Origin: Promethearchaeia archaeon | GTDB lineage: Archaea > Asgardarchaeota > Lokiarchaeia > Sigyniarchaeales > SOKP01 | NCBI GenBank assembly: GCA_029856155.1 | Contig: JAHQWL010000024.1 | Location: 1-55,213, forward strand | Length of the DNA stretch: 55,213 nt | Direction: 5' to 3' | In this document: one piece after another, positions 39,093 through 49,479 of the stretch | Layout of the letters: every line of letters starts with the position of its first letter | Position numbering within the stretch: position 1 is the stretch's first letter | Notes under the pieces: generated by a model | The model's database searches: none | What the model was told of the DNA's origin: nothing | The model's input: only the letters and a program-made list of their open reading frames with translations | Made by a program: the position numbers and the translations under genes

Positions 39093-39185
39093 TTTAAATT
39101 CCTCTTAGGTTATTAGTAAATTTATTTTATAATAATGATCTTGAGAGGTAGAATTATTTAAATGTTTATTTTATATTTATAAAAG

Positions 39186-40325
39186 TCATTTTATCATTTG
39201 TTTTTCTCTTTTTTTCTTAGTGACACAATAGACGGGGCCTTGCATCATAGTCATATAACAACCATTACAACTAATGCATTTTGCTGGTGAAATATCACCA
39301 TTTCGCCAACGATTTGGAAGATCTGGTTCATAAATCAGTGGTCTACATAGTGAAATAAAATCCGCAATATCTTCTTTAAGAATTCTTTCAGCAGAAATAG
39401 GATTTTTAATTCCCCCCATCGCAATTAATTTGCATTTATTGAGAAATGGTTTAATCCTTTTATTATGTTCTAAGAAATAATTTTCTTCTTCTTCTGATTT
39501 AATGTTCAGACTTGGATATGGCTTTTTACTCAAAATTTGAGCATCTCCCCCCCCTCCACTAGGCTCGATGGCATCAAATCCAATTTCTGAAAGAATTTTA
39601 GCATATTCAACACCCTCTTCTAACTTTAGACCATTGGGGATGAAATCTTCTGTTTGTAGTTTAATGGTTATGGGAAAATTACTTCCTAATTCATCTCGTA
39701 AACCATTATAGATATCAATTAAAATCTTTGCTCTTTTTTGAGTATCTCCACCGTATTCGTCGGTTCTTTTATTAGTATATGGAGAAATGAAATTACTTAA
39801 AAAATAACCGTGAGCAGCATGGAGTTGCACCATATCATAACCACACTCATAACTTCTTTTTCCAGCATCTACAAACTTTTGTATTAACGTTTCTATTTCA
39901 TTAACTGTTAATTCTCGCGGTGTTAATCCAGTGGTTTTAAAAAGAACTGGGGATGGTGCTACTGGATGATATTTAGGATGGTAACCTTGACGGCCAGTAT
40001 GAGCTATTTGAATAGCAATTTTAACATCCGCATATTCATGAACTGCTTCTACTAATTTATTTTGACCTGGTATAAATGAGTCATTATATAAACATGCTTG
40101 ATATGGATTAGCAGTACCTCCAGGATCTACTGCTGTGAAACCTGATATTATTAATCCAGTACCTCCACGGGCTAAGTCTCTGTATATATCAATAAGTTTA
40201 TCACCTATATAGCCATACTTTTCTGAACTTCGCATATGAGTTGCTGAACGCACTATTCTGTTTTTAATTTGAACGTTACCAATTTTTTCTGCACTAAAAA
40301 GAGTTTTAAGTTCCAATTTAATCAC
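39186..40325 (-). CDS. NADH:flavin oxidoreductase (OYE family)
   Basis: KNRIVRSAT, QLHAAHGYFLSNFISP, RTDEYGG, CRPLIYEP, CISCNGC. Confidence 0.93.
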   Translation of the reverse strand: MIKLELKTLFSAEKIGNVQIKNRIVRSATHMRSSEKYGYIGDKLIDIYRDLARGGTGLIISGFTAVDPGGTANPYQACLYNDSFIPGQNKLVEAVHEYADVKIAIQIAHTGRQGYHPKYHPVAPSPVLFKTTGLTPRELTVNEIETLIQKFVDAGKRSYECGYDMVQLHAAHGYFLSNFISPYTNKRTDEYGGDTQKRAKILIDIYNGLRDELGSNFPITIKLQTEDFIPNGLKLEEGVEYAKILSEIGFDAIEPSGGGGDAQILSKKPYPSLNIKSEEEENYFLEHNKRIKPFLNKCKLIAMGGIKNPISAERILKEDIADFISLCRPLIYEPDLPNRWRNGDISPAKCISCNGCYMTMMQGPVYCVTKKKREKQMIK

Positions 40326-40421
40326 AATTTAGAATTATAATCTGAAGCTATTTATTTTTTTGATTATAATTTAAATAATAATATCTCTATTAACATTTGA
40401 CATTTTAAAGATGAATGAATA

Positions 40422-40643
40422 ATGACAAATATAAAAAGATGGGAAGAAGATAATCATTGGGTAGAAATAGATCTTGATCGTTGTATGGGATCAGGAGATT
40501 GTGTAAATGGGTGTCCCGCTGAGGTATATAAAGTTATAAATGGGAAAGTTAATGCCGAAAATATTGGTGAATGCATTGAGTGTGGTACATGCCAATATAG
40601 ATGTCCATTTAAAGCACTAATAAAACACGCAGCTTGGAAATAA
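40422..40643 (+). CDS. 2x[4Fe-4S] ferredoxin
   Basis: CMGSGDCVNGCP and CIECGTCQYRCP (the first motif has Ser at the second ligand position). Confidence 0.88.
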   Translation: MTNIKRWEEDNHWVEIDLDRCMGSGDCVNGCPAEVYKVINGKVNAENIGECIECGTCQYRCPFKALIKHAAWK

Positions 40644-40655
40644 GAAGCATTAAAT

Positions 40656-42005
40656 TTAGATTTTCTCTAATTCTTTTAATCTTTCTGAGAATATTTTTTC
40701 TGTAGCATCCATTTCTGATATCGCGTTTTTAAGAACTGGTACCCAAAAAAATGGAATTGCTAACCAAAAAATAATTGACATCATCATACCGTACACAGAA
40801 CCAAATGCATCTCTTACAAATGAACCAATCAAAGGACCAAGGGACCGGCCAATTACATCGAAAAAATTAGCTGTTGCCAATGTAGTTCCTCTATGTTCTG
40901 GAAGGTTTAGATCTACTACTGTTGCATACCAACTCCCATTTACTGCCCCGTTAGCAAACATGCCAACCACCATTAAGATCAGCATTATTAAAGCTTCAGG
41001 AATTACGAAAAGTTCACCTACAGATACGTTATCAGGAGCGTTAAATGGAATTATTAAAGCAATAAATATCAAGGGTATTGGTATTATATTTCCCACTAGA
41101 GCAAGTAATACTCGAGCATTTCTTTTGCCTTTTTTAAATAATTTATCACCAATAACTCCAAATACTACAGTGCCAATAAGAGTACTTATGAGTATCGTAC
41201 CTAAGAATATTAAAGATATATCTTCAGGAACATTATGATAATCACTCATATAATAAAAGATCAAAAATAATATAATGCCTGTGGGTATTGTATCAACAAA
41301 ATTTATAACTAACCAAATATTTGCCTTTTTTTTGAATATCTCTTTTAAATCAGATTTTTTTATCCTATAAGTATACTCTACAGCATCTTTTTCATTTAAA
41401 AAAATGTAATCTTTACCAATGCGGGATGGTTCCTGAAAAAAAATAATCATTAATGCAATTACAAACCCCAATATCCCAATTACAAAATAAGATAATCTCC
41501 AATCGATTGGCCCCGATATAGTAGCTATTATTAAACCTAAAGCCATTCCTAGAAGAGATGCAATAGAAAAAAATGAGAATCCCTTAGATCTGTTATCTTG
41601 AGATATTAAATCACCCATTAAAGAAAAGATACTTGGAATAATGGCACCAAATCCGATTCCATTCAATGAAGTAAGGAAAAAAAATAAATAATATCCATCT
41701 AGGTTTGGTGTAACAAAAATAATCAAGACTGAAAAAATTGAATAAAACAAAGCACCACCAAGAACCATCCATTTCCTCGTGATTTTATCAGCTAAATATC
41801 CAAAAATTAAAATAGAAATACCCGAGAGAATTGTAAAAGTAGATGTCAGAACGCCTAGTTGAGCTGTTGCTCCACCAAATCCAAAATAATATGAAATAAT
41901 CTCCAGATTTGGAGAAATCATATTCTGGATAGAATACACTAAGGAAAGAATTACGATGAATAATACTATTGATATAAGAGAAGAACTATGAGGTTTCTTT
42001 TTCAT
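40656..42005 (-). CDS. MFS transporter (spinster-like)
   Basis: GYLADKITRK, GVIGDKL, NLPEHRGT, 12 TM. Confidence 0.9.
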   Translation of the reverse strand: MKKKPHSSSLISIVLFIVILSLVYSIQNMISPNLEIISYYFGFGGATAQLGVLTSTFTILSGISILIFGYLADKITRKWMVLGGALFYSIFSVLIIFVTPNLDGYYLFFFLTSLNGIGFGAIIPSIFSLMGDLISQDNRSKGFSFFSIASLLGMALGLIIATISGPIDWRLSYFVIGILGFVIALMIIFFQEPSRIGKDYIFLNEKDAVEYTYRIKKSDLKEIFKKKANIWLVINFVDTIPTGIILFLIFYYMSDYHNVPEDISLIFLGTILISTLIGTVVFGVIGDKLFKKGKRNARVLLALVGNIIPIPLIFIALIIPFNAPDNVSVGELFVIPEALIMLILMVVGMFANGAVNGSWYATVVDLNLPEHRGTTLATANFFDVIGRSLGPLIGSFVRDAFGSVYGMMMSIIFWLAIPFFWVPVLKNAISEMDATEKIFSERLKELEKI

Positions 42006-42109
42006 AATAGTAATTGAATTAAATTCTATATATATGTTGCTCTATGAAAACTCTAAAACCTTATTAATAATATATTAGTTTTGCATAATTAATTAAAATG
42101 TGAGAAATT

Positions 42110-42892
42110 ATGATAGAAAAAGAAAAGATAAATGAAGTTATAAAGGTGTTAAATAACAGATGTACTGTTAGAGCATATGATCCAAAAGCATTGACTCAAG
42201 AAGAAATTGACATGATTATTCACGGTGCTATGCGTGCACCTACTGCCGGCAATATGATGTTTTATTCGATTCTTGAAGTACAAAATCAAAAAATGAAGGA
42301 TAAATTAGTAAAAACTTGTGATAATCAACCCCATATCGCAAAAGCTCCACTAGTTCTTATATTTTTGGCGGATATGCAACGTTGGTATGATTATTATAGA
42401 TCTTCAGGTGTACCAGAATTGTGTGCCCAGAAAAATCTTGTTTATAGAACTCCTGAAGAATCTGATCTTTTACTTGCTTGCTGTGATGCTCTAATTGCTG
42501 CTCAGAATGCTGTAATCACTGCTGAATCAATGGGGATTGGCTCTTGTTATATTGCTGACATTATAGAACATATTGAAATTCATCGCGAAATGTTCAATCT
42601 TCCAAAATGGGTGTTTCCTATAGCAATGCTTTGTTTTGGGTATCCTAAACAAGATCCATCCAAGAGAATACTTACCCCACGCTTTCCGAAGAAATTTATT
42701 CATTTTACTGACACTTATAAAAGGTTTAATAAGGAGGGCTTTACTGAAATGTTTCAAAATTATGAAAAAGAAACTCTATTACAAAATGCAGAGAATCTTG
42801 GACAGGATTACTATTTACGGAAAACGGGATCTGCCTTTTCACAAGAAATGAGCCGTTCAGTCAAAGTTATGCTTAGAGACTGGATAAAATAA
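42110..42892 (+). CDS. Nitroreductase family protein (NfsA/NfrA-like)
   Basis: RCTVRAY, APTAGNM, DALIAAQN...AESMGIGSCYI, LCFGYP, PRFP. Confidence 0.92.
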   Translation: MIEKEKINEVIKVLNNRCTVRAYDPKALTQEEIDMIIHGAMRAPTAGNMMFYSILEVQNQKMKDKLVKTCDNQPHIAKAPLVLIFLADMQRWYDYYRSSGVPELCAQKNLVYRTPEESDLLLACCDALIAAQNAVITAESMGIGSCYIADIIEHIEIHREMFNLPKWVFPIAMLCFGYPKQDPSKRILTPRFPKKFIHFTDTYKRFNKEGFTEMFQNYEKETLLQNAENLGQDYYLRKTGSAFSQEMSRSVKVMLRDWIK

Positions 42893-43016
42893 GCATGATC
42901 TTTAAGGCTTAGTTCTCAATCTTTAGAGGGTTCTGTTAAGATAGTTTTTATTAAAAATACTTAAAAGACTGTATTTATATAATTTTACTTATAGGATATG
43001 GAAGGTATCAATTTCA

Positions 43017-43775
43017 ATGAATATTCATTCGCTCTTCATTTTAAAAAGGACAGGTGTCTGCATTTTTCATAAAAATTTTACAAAAGACTTTGATAATATT
43101 GAGGTTAATTTGATAACTCCTTTCTTTTCAGCAATATTTTCATTTTCTGAGAATGTTATTTCAAGAAAAACTCCAGAAATTCTTGAAATGAGTGAATTCA
43201 GATTTGTTTTTAAAGTTCATCAAGATTTAATTTTTTCAATTTTATCAGATTCAACTGCGAGTCTTTTATTTGTGACTAGTCGTTTAGAAAGAATAGCTGA
43301 CGTATTTTTAGAGGAGTATCCAGATACTACTAAAATAAAAGATTACCAACAAATTGAAAACCCCAAATTCGCAAAAATAGTTGATTCTATAGTCGCAGGA
43401 GAAGATGAAATATATATGAGTAAAACATTTTATGAAAAAGTAATTGATGTATTTGAAGGCTTAATGCTTGAGAACGAAATTATTGGAGCTGCGCTTCTAA
43501 CTACTAAGGGTAATACAATTTATACTTCTCTTCCAAATGAGATATTAGTTAATTCATTGAAAGAATTAGAGATTAGATATATGGTTGGTGCAATTTCTCT
43601 TCCTGAAATGTATTATAGTTTAAATAATGGACAAAAGGTGTTTTCTAGAATGGTTGATATTCCCTGGAAATTGGATCCCCTTTTAGTTGTGGTTCTTTAT
43701 GATAAAACGGTGCCCTTAGGAATGGCAGAACTAAACCTAACTAAATTAGCAAATAGAATTAAAAACATTATTTAA
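43017..43775 (+). CDS. Longin-like + roadblock-like domain protein (Asgard type)
   Basis: N-terminal IHSLFIL..TGVCIFHKNF...LITPFFSAIFSF (longin-like); C-terminal EIIGAALLTTKGNTIYTSLP...LLVVVL....PLGM (roadblock/profilin-like). Confidence 0.6.
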   Translation: MNIHSLFILKRTGVCIFHKNFTKDFDNIEVNLITPFFSAIFSFSENVISRKTPEILEMSEFRFVFKVHQDLIFSILSDSTASLLFVTSRLERIADVFLEEYPDTTKIKDYQQIENPKFAKIVDSIVAGEDEIYMSKTFYEKVIDVFEGLMLENEIIGAALLTTKGNTIYTSLPNEILVNSLKELEIRYMVGAISLPEMYYSLNNGQKVFSRMVDIPWKLDPLLVVVLYDKTVPLGMAELNLTKLANRIKNII

Positions 43776-43819
43776 CATAATCTATAAAGAAAATAAAAAA
43801 AGACAAAAAAAAAAAAATT

Positions 43820-45520
43820 TTAACCCTGAAAATAGAAATATATACAGACTATGCCAAGGATAAAAGCCAAAACTGCCCAAACGTACCTAAATGCTTTTGA
43901 ATAATTTCTGTGTCTCTTTCCTGATTCAGACCATATAGTATCTACTTGAATGTATGGACTTGGGCCTCTACGATACCACCCCTTAATTCTAACCCTTTGC
44001 CCTATTAAACGATTAACAGATCTAAGGGAGAATATCAAGTCTACAATACCAATTCCAAATCTATAATCCACATACATTAAACCTGTGTCGTCCTGAAAGT
44101 ACATATCTTCGCTGAAATAATATCCTGGAATACCTTTCCCTACAATTTTCCCCTCTATATAGGCTGGGATACAACGTATTGGGCTGACTTTTACGTTTGT
44201 AACGAGATCTAACACTTTTTTATCTTCATAACCACCCTTATACATATATCTCGTTTTTATTATAGACATAAATCCTATAATGTAAAACCCAATAGCCCAT
44301 ATAAACCACATATTACCATAAACAGGCGCTAGAAAAGCAATATTATAAAATCCAGCAAGATCGAATATCCATACAATAGTTATTCCTAGCAGGGCGATGA
44401 AAACAAGTGTAGGAAGTGTTTTCATAAAAATATCCGCTAAAAATTCATCCCACATTGATTTTCCCGCTTGTTCTTCTTTTAATCTTTTTGCATCAGAGAA
44501 ATCTATCTCAGGCTGAACCCCATAGATATCACACAACATATTCAAGCGCATAATTCTCTTTGCTGGTAATGGGTGTGTTGAAAAAGCTTGGTAATATTTA
44601 GCCCATGGATTATATAAATCCCATGCTGCAGCTTTTTGAATTGCTTCCATCGATAAAGTTTGTGTTGTTCCAACGCTGATGATACCTAATCCTTTTGCAG
44701 CACTTGGATCAAAAATACCTAATCCTCTAAGTGCTCGAACTCGTGATTTCTTCCTTTCTTCGATATGACCATCTACTAATAAACCATACGCTATTTTTAC
44801 AAGTCCAGTTGCAAGTGGGTTTGGATCTTCCAAGACTTCTGCACTATGTTCATCAGCATAATACTCACGGATTCTGCTGACGATAAGGGAAATTAAATAA
44901 CTCAAATAATAACTTACAAAGGATAATACAGCAATGGCAATTAATGCAAGTCGAAGATAAGAAGCCTCGTCACTATCACCTCTTCTCGAAAAATAACTAG
45001 CATAATATGCCCATCGAGCAACTGTTAATAAAAGTAATGGAATTGCAAAAACTACTGTCATCAATATGAAATCCGAGTGAACAACATGCCCTAACTCGTG
45101 GGAAAACACAGCATTTTGTTCTTTCTTATTTAAGTATTTTAATATTCCATCTGTAAGTACAACTCTTGCGGAATTTTTAGTCCATCCGAAGGTAAAAGCA
45201 TTTGGGTTAAGATCATGAATTATACCGAGTCGTGGCATCTTTATACTACGAAATGAAACTACTTTATCAAGAGATTCTGCTAGATGGGGGAATTGAGCAG
45301 CAAATTCTTCATAAGGTATCCAATCTATTTTATAAAGCCAGCCCACAATCAACGGAGATATGCCATATTGAAGAAGGACCATACCCACCGTTATCGCAAT
45401 CATGATAATTAAGCCCCATATTGATGAAGGTAAAAACCAAACACCTATCACAAAAACAACAGCATACATTAATGCAAATAGGGAAGTTACAGCAAGCCCC
45501 GAAGCCAATCTTAATCCTAT
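43820..45520 (-). CDS. htpX: M48 family zinc metalloprotease HtpX-like with C-terminal extension
   Basis: PNAFTFG, HELGH (HExxH), SRIREYYAD, STHP. The start is ATA 45520 (after AGGTGG) or TTG 45508. Confidence 0.85.
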   Translation of the reverse strand: MGLRLASGLAVTSLFALMYAVVFVIGVWFLPSSIWGLIIMIAITVGMVLLQYGISPLIVGWLYKIDWIPYEEFAAQFPHLAESLDKVVSFRSIKMPRLGIIHDLNPNAFTFGWTKNSARVVLTDGILKYLNKKEQNAVFSHELGHVVHSDFILMTVVFAIPLLLLTVARWAYYASYFSRRGDSDEASYLRLALIAIAVLSFVSYYLSYLISLIVSRIREYYADEHSAEVLEDPNPLATGLVKIAYGLLVDGHIEERKKSRVRALRGLGIFDPSAAKGLGIISVGTTQTLSMEAIQKAAAWDLYNPWAKYYQAFSTHPLPAKRIMRLNMLCDIYGVQPEIDFSDAKRLKEEQAGKSMWDEFLADIFMKTLPTLVFIALLGITIVWIFDLAGFYNIAFLAPVYGNMWFIWAIGFYIIGFMSIIKTRYMYKGGYEDKKVLDLVTNVKVSPIRCIPAYIEGKIVGKGIPGYYFSEDMYFQDDTGLMYVDYRFGIGIVDLIFSLRSVNRLIGQRVRIKGWYRRGPSPYIQVDTIWSESGKRHRNYSKAFRYVWAVLAFILGIVCIYFYFQG

Positions 45521-45688
45521 AATTTACCACCTTTAAATTAATTTATTTGTTTTTATTTAAATTTATAAATAATTTTTATTCATGATATTGTACGAATTTA
45601 CACCTATAAAAACTTTCCAACTAAAAATTAAAAATAATAGGAAGATTATAACAAGTAATTTAGAACAATTCAAGAGTTTTGTCTATTT

Positions 45689-46957
45689 ATGTATGATATT
45701 GTAATCATTGGCGCGGGAATTGCTGGCTCAACATTTGCTTCCAAAATTTCGAAATATGCTAAAACACTTCTAATTGAAGCCCAAGATTATAAAAAAGAAA
45801 TCCCTATAAGAACAAATGTATTTCCCGAACATAATCGCCCTTTTATCAAGGAAGAAATCGACTGGGATGACAAAAATATCTTTCCTTGCTTTCATACTAA
45901 GACTAATTATATGAGCGATGAGTTTAATGGTGTTATTGATTCCACTGAATTTGGAATTCCTTTAGGAAATATTTGTTATACCGAGAATTTACTGGATAAG
46001 CTAATTAATCAGTTTGAAGAACAAGGAGGTACATTCAATTCTAATGAAAGAATTTCGAGAATTAATAGATATAATGATTATTTGGAATTAAACAATAGTA
46101 TAGGAGAAACTTATAATACAAAACTATTGGTTCTCGCAACTGGTTCACGAGGGTTTGACCTACAACGATCTTTAGGATTTGATATACCTGATCATTACAC
46201 AGGAGCATTAATCCATTTATTTGGAAGTGAAGATAAAATAAATGAAAATTTAGAATATAATTATGTATTCCACATAAATCCCAAGATCTCAACTAACGGT
46301 CCTTTTTTCTTTAATAAGGGAAAAGAAAGAATTTTAACTGGTTTTTTAGGGGGAAAAAATGATCCGAAGGAAACAATTTTAGATAAACTTGATAGAATTC
46401 TAAAAAATTATAAACATATTCAACCTTTTGTAGATGGATTGAAATATGACTTATCAACTACTGTTGTTGGGGAAATATCCAAACATCCAATTAATACTTT
46501 CTCGAAAGATCGAGTTCTTGTTCTAGGAGAAGCTGCGGGAATCGTGACTTCTTTTTTTTATGAAGGTTTGTTGCCTGGAGTTGCGTGTGCTGATATTGCA
46601 ACCAAAACTTTAAAACCCTTATTGGAAAAAGACAGTAATTATAGCCATGCAGAATTAAGCAAATATGATCAAGAAATCAAACGTATACTTTTTCCGTACT
46701 TCAAAAATGGTAATGCCCTTGAGTATCTTATATATAATGAGGGTTCACATGTAAAATCGTTATGGCGTCTATACACAGAACTACTTAACGAAAATAAATT
46801 GGCTAGAAAATATATTTATGAAGCATATATAAACCAAGACCTTTCTACTCATAATACAAGTAATGATAGATATGTCGGAGAAAAATGGTTTGGCAAACTT
46901 CCTGCTCTTTCAAAAATAACATTAAGTCCAAAATTTTTTAGAGCAATGCTTTTGTGA
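45689..46957 (+). CDS. FAD-dependent oxidoreductase, geranylgeranyl reductase-like
   Basis: YDIVIIGAGIAG, LVLATG, VLVLGEAAG..TSFFYEGL. Confidence 0.8.
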   Translation: MYDIVIIGAGIAGSTFASKISKYAKTLLIEAQDYKKEIPIRTNVFPEHNRPFIKEEIDWDDKNIFPCFHTKTNYMSDEFNGVIDSTEFGIPLGNICYTENLLDKLINQFEEQGGTFNSNERISRINRYNDYLELNNSIGETYNTKLLVLATGSRGFDLQRSLGFDIPDHYTGALIHLFGSEDKINENLEYNYVFHINPKISTNGPFFFNKGKERILTGFLGGKNDPKETILDKLDRILKNYKHIQPFVDGLKYDLSTTVVGEISKHPINTFSKDRVLVLGEAAGIVTSFFYEGLLPGVACADIATKTLKPLLEKDSNYSHAELSKYDQEIKRILFPYFKNGNALEYLIYNEGSHVKSLWRLYTELLNENKLARKYIYEAYINQDLSTHNTSNDRYVGEKWFGKLPALSKITLSPKFFRAMLL

Positions 46958-47056
46958 GCTAATTTATTTTTAAAATTATATAAAACAAAAATATATTCTG
47001 ATTATTATATTAGATCTTATACTCAATTTATGGGGATATACTATTTTTCCAGCAAA

Positions 47057-48292
47057 TTAATTAGGTTTTATTACAAATTTTCGATATATAAATAAACCTA
47101 AACCAAAAAATAAAATAATATACGTAAATAAACCAAAAATATGAATTAAACTGGGGGCATCCCCGGTTAACACACTATTACCCAGAATGGTATAAGCATA
47201 TGTAAAAGGAATCCAATCTACAATCGTACGAAGGGGTTGACCGAACATTTCAATATCTATAAATCCTCCGCATAAAAAGAGGGTAGCAAGTACTGTAAAC
47301 AAGGACACTGGGAAAGTAAATACTTGTTCTGGGATTAAAGATCCAAGTAAAGTGCCTATAATAGCTCCTAAAACAGTAGTGGTTAAAGAAATTAATAAAA
47401 AACCCAAAAAATTTATTGGGAAAGGGATGCCAATCCAAAGAAAAATGATAGTTGCACCTAATGCAAAATGAATAATAAAACTTAGGATACTAGCTGAAAG
47501 AACTTTTCCTAAGAAAGTGTAATTTTGATTAGAAGCAGGAGCAAGCGCAAGCTCTGGAGTCATTTTATTATCTTTCTCAATAAAAATAAAAACTGAACCG
47601 ATTATCATGGAGGAGACTAAACATACAAAAACTAAAGCGCCTGTACCAATCGTCCACATTCGTGGAAACGTTTTTCTTTCAGGATTTGCATCCTTATAAA
47701 TATAAATAACTTCAGTCTCATTAAACAATATATTATCATAATATGCTTTAAGTTTGCGCTGAAATCCAAAGTATAGATTCTTGAGGTAATCTTCGTTAAT
47801 ATTTAAGCATCTTAATTCAATTGTAACCCTACCTCCCGTCCAATTACCATTTTTCACAGATTGGATTATATTTTCAAAATTTTCTGGAAGAATGACAATC
47901 ATAACAATCTCCTCGAGTTGTATAGCATTTTCAAATTGTTGGGCTGAAATTCCAATCACTTTTATGTGGCTTTTAACAATTGTTTTTCCAACTAATTCGT
48001 TGTTGTTTAAATAATCCATGAATTCCTCAGTATTGGGTAATTCATTGTTTTCAATGGCAGTATTTAACTCATTATCAGAATTATAATCAGGAACTACAAG
48101 AGCAATTGGATAATTAAAATTCACAGCCCCAAAAATCATATTCATAAAAAATAAATAGGTTATAGGAAAAATTAAAGATAGGAGCAATAAAGTACGAGAG
48201 GGTCCATGAAAAATTATTCTAATATTCTTCAAGATCTCATATTTAAGAACCCCGATTGATGAATTCTTTTTTTTATTAGATTTATTAGTCAT
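47057..48292 (-). CDS. ABC-2 type transporter permease
   Basis: TM + extracellular domain + 5 TM; IEKDNK..PELALAP, LCGGF, IPFTY. Confidence 0.88.
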   Translation of the reverse strand: MTNKSNKKKNSSIGVLKYEILKNIRIIFHGPSRTLLLLSLIFPITYLFFMNMIFGAVNFNYPIALVVPDYNSDNELNTAIENNELPNTEEFMDYLNNNELVGKTIVKSHIKVIGISAQQFENAIQLEEIVMIVILPENFENIIQSVKNGNWTGGRVTIELRCLNINEDYLKNLYFGFQRKLKAYYDNILFNETEVIYIYKDANPERKTFPRMWTIGTGALVFVCLVSSMIIGSVFIFIEKDNKMTPELALAPASNQNYTFLGKVLSASILSFIIHFALGATIIFLWIGIPFPINFLGFLLISLTTTVLGAIIGTLLGSLIPEQVFTFPVSLFTVLATLFLCGGFIDIEMFGQPLRTIVDWIPFTYAYTILGNSVLTGDAPSLIHIFGLFTYIILFFGLGLFIYRKFVIKPN

Positions 48293-49479
48293 AACTTAAA
48301 TCCCTCCCTCGAAATCAAAATCCAAAAAATAATGGTAAGACAAATACATGATATTGCTAGAATCCCTAATCTAGGTAAAACATAAAATGGGTTTGGTAAA
48401 AAGGTTTCTGAAAATAAAATTTCCATCCAATAAGTTGATGGAATGAATCTTGAAACTGAATAAACTGTATCTCCTAACATTCTTGTGGGTGCAAATCCTC
48501 CTGAAAAAAACCAAAAAAGAATTGCAACAATTATTGTTAGTAACATTACATTCATAGTTTGTTTTGATTTTAATCCAATTATACCACCAAGACATGTATG
48601 AAACCATGTTGAAAGGAGGAATGCTAAAATAACGACTCCTAAATTGCCACGAAATTCTATATGAAATATCAAAAATAAAATAAGAGAAAAAATTGTCACT
48701 ACAATAGACCCTAAAATAACAGCTATTAATTGTTTTGATGCAATATAGGCACTACGCTTAATTGGACTAATTGTAATTTCAATCATAGTATTATCATTAT
48801 ATTCTTTTGCAACATTTAATCCTCCATATAAAAGACCACAGATAATCCCATATACCCCAATAACTCCTATAACTGTGCCTTTGTTTTCACTTACCTCTTG
48901 ATCAATAACATAAGTCTTTTTTGCGATAAGCGCGAAATCATCAATATGACCGGTAGATAAATGTATATATTGATTGAAAGTGAGGACAGCTTCATCTAAT
49001 CTTTGAATATAATTTTTTACATAATCATCGTTTATATTTTGGACTTCTAAAGTTAGCGTTCCTTTAATATAAGTACTATTAGCAGTGATGTTTGCTTGGA
49101 ATCCAACAGGAATGTAAATAAGCCCCAAAACTTCATAATTTTCTAATTTCATTTTAGCTTCTTGATAAGAATCGATTTGTATTACATCAAACCACGGGGC
49201 AAATTCACTGGTGATATTGTTTATGTAATTAACCATAATGTTAGAATATTCAGTATTATCATCATCGACTACCATAACTTTGTAGGTTTCAGGATTATTA
49301 ATGAGTGTAAATGATGTAAAAACGATCAAAATAACTAATGGAGGGATAATACCTGCTAGAAAATATTTTTTAACTCTTTTAGTGGAGATTAAATCTTTAC
49401 GTAATATTGTTTTTAGATCATGAAACCATAGTTTTACCCCAAACCCCTTTTTCTTCTTAAACTTATTTTTCTCTTCCAT
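48289..49479 (-). CDS. ABC-2 type transporter permease
   Basis: VVDDDNT, AKEY..NTMIEI..SPI, FSGGFAP, IPSTY; overlaps both neighbours. Confidence 0.88.
   Translation of the reverse strand: MEEKNKFKKKKGFGVKLWFHDLKTILRKDLISTKRVKKYFLAGIIPPLVILIVFTSFTLINNPETYKVMVVDDDNTEYSNIMVNYINNITSEFAPWFDVIQIDSYQEAKMKLENYEVLGLIYIPVGFQANITANSTYIKGTLTLEVQNINDDYVKNYIQRLDEAVLTFNQYIHLSTGHIDDFALIAKKTYVIDQEVSENKGTVIGVIGVYGIICGLLYGGLNVAKEYNDNTMIEITISPIKRSAYIASKQLIAVILGSIVVTIFSLILFLIFHIEFRGNLGVVILAFLLSTWFHTCLGGIIGLKSKQTMNVMLLTIIVAILFWFFSGGFAPTRMLGDTVYSVSRFIPSTYWMEILFSETFLPNPFYVLPRLGILAISCICLTIIFWILISREGFKL

Noticed and set aside
42893-42950. ATGA-containing weak hairpin after the nitroreductase, considered as a SECIS-like element
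   Set aside because: Pairing is poor, and no CDS nearby has an in-frame TGA at a conserved Cys position.
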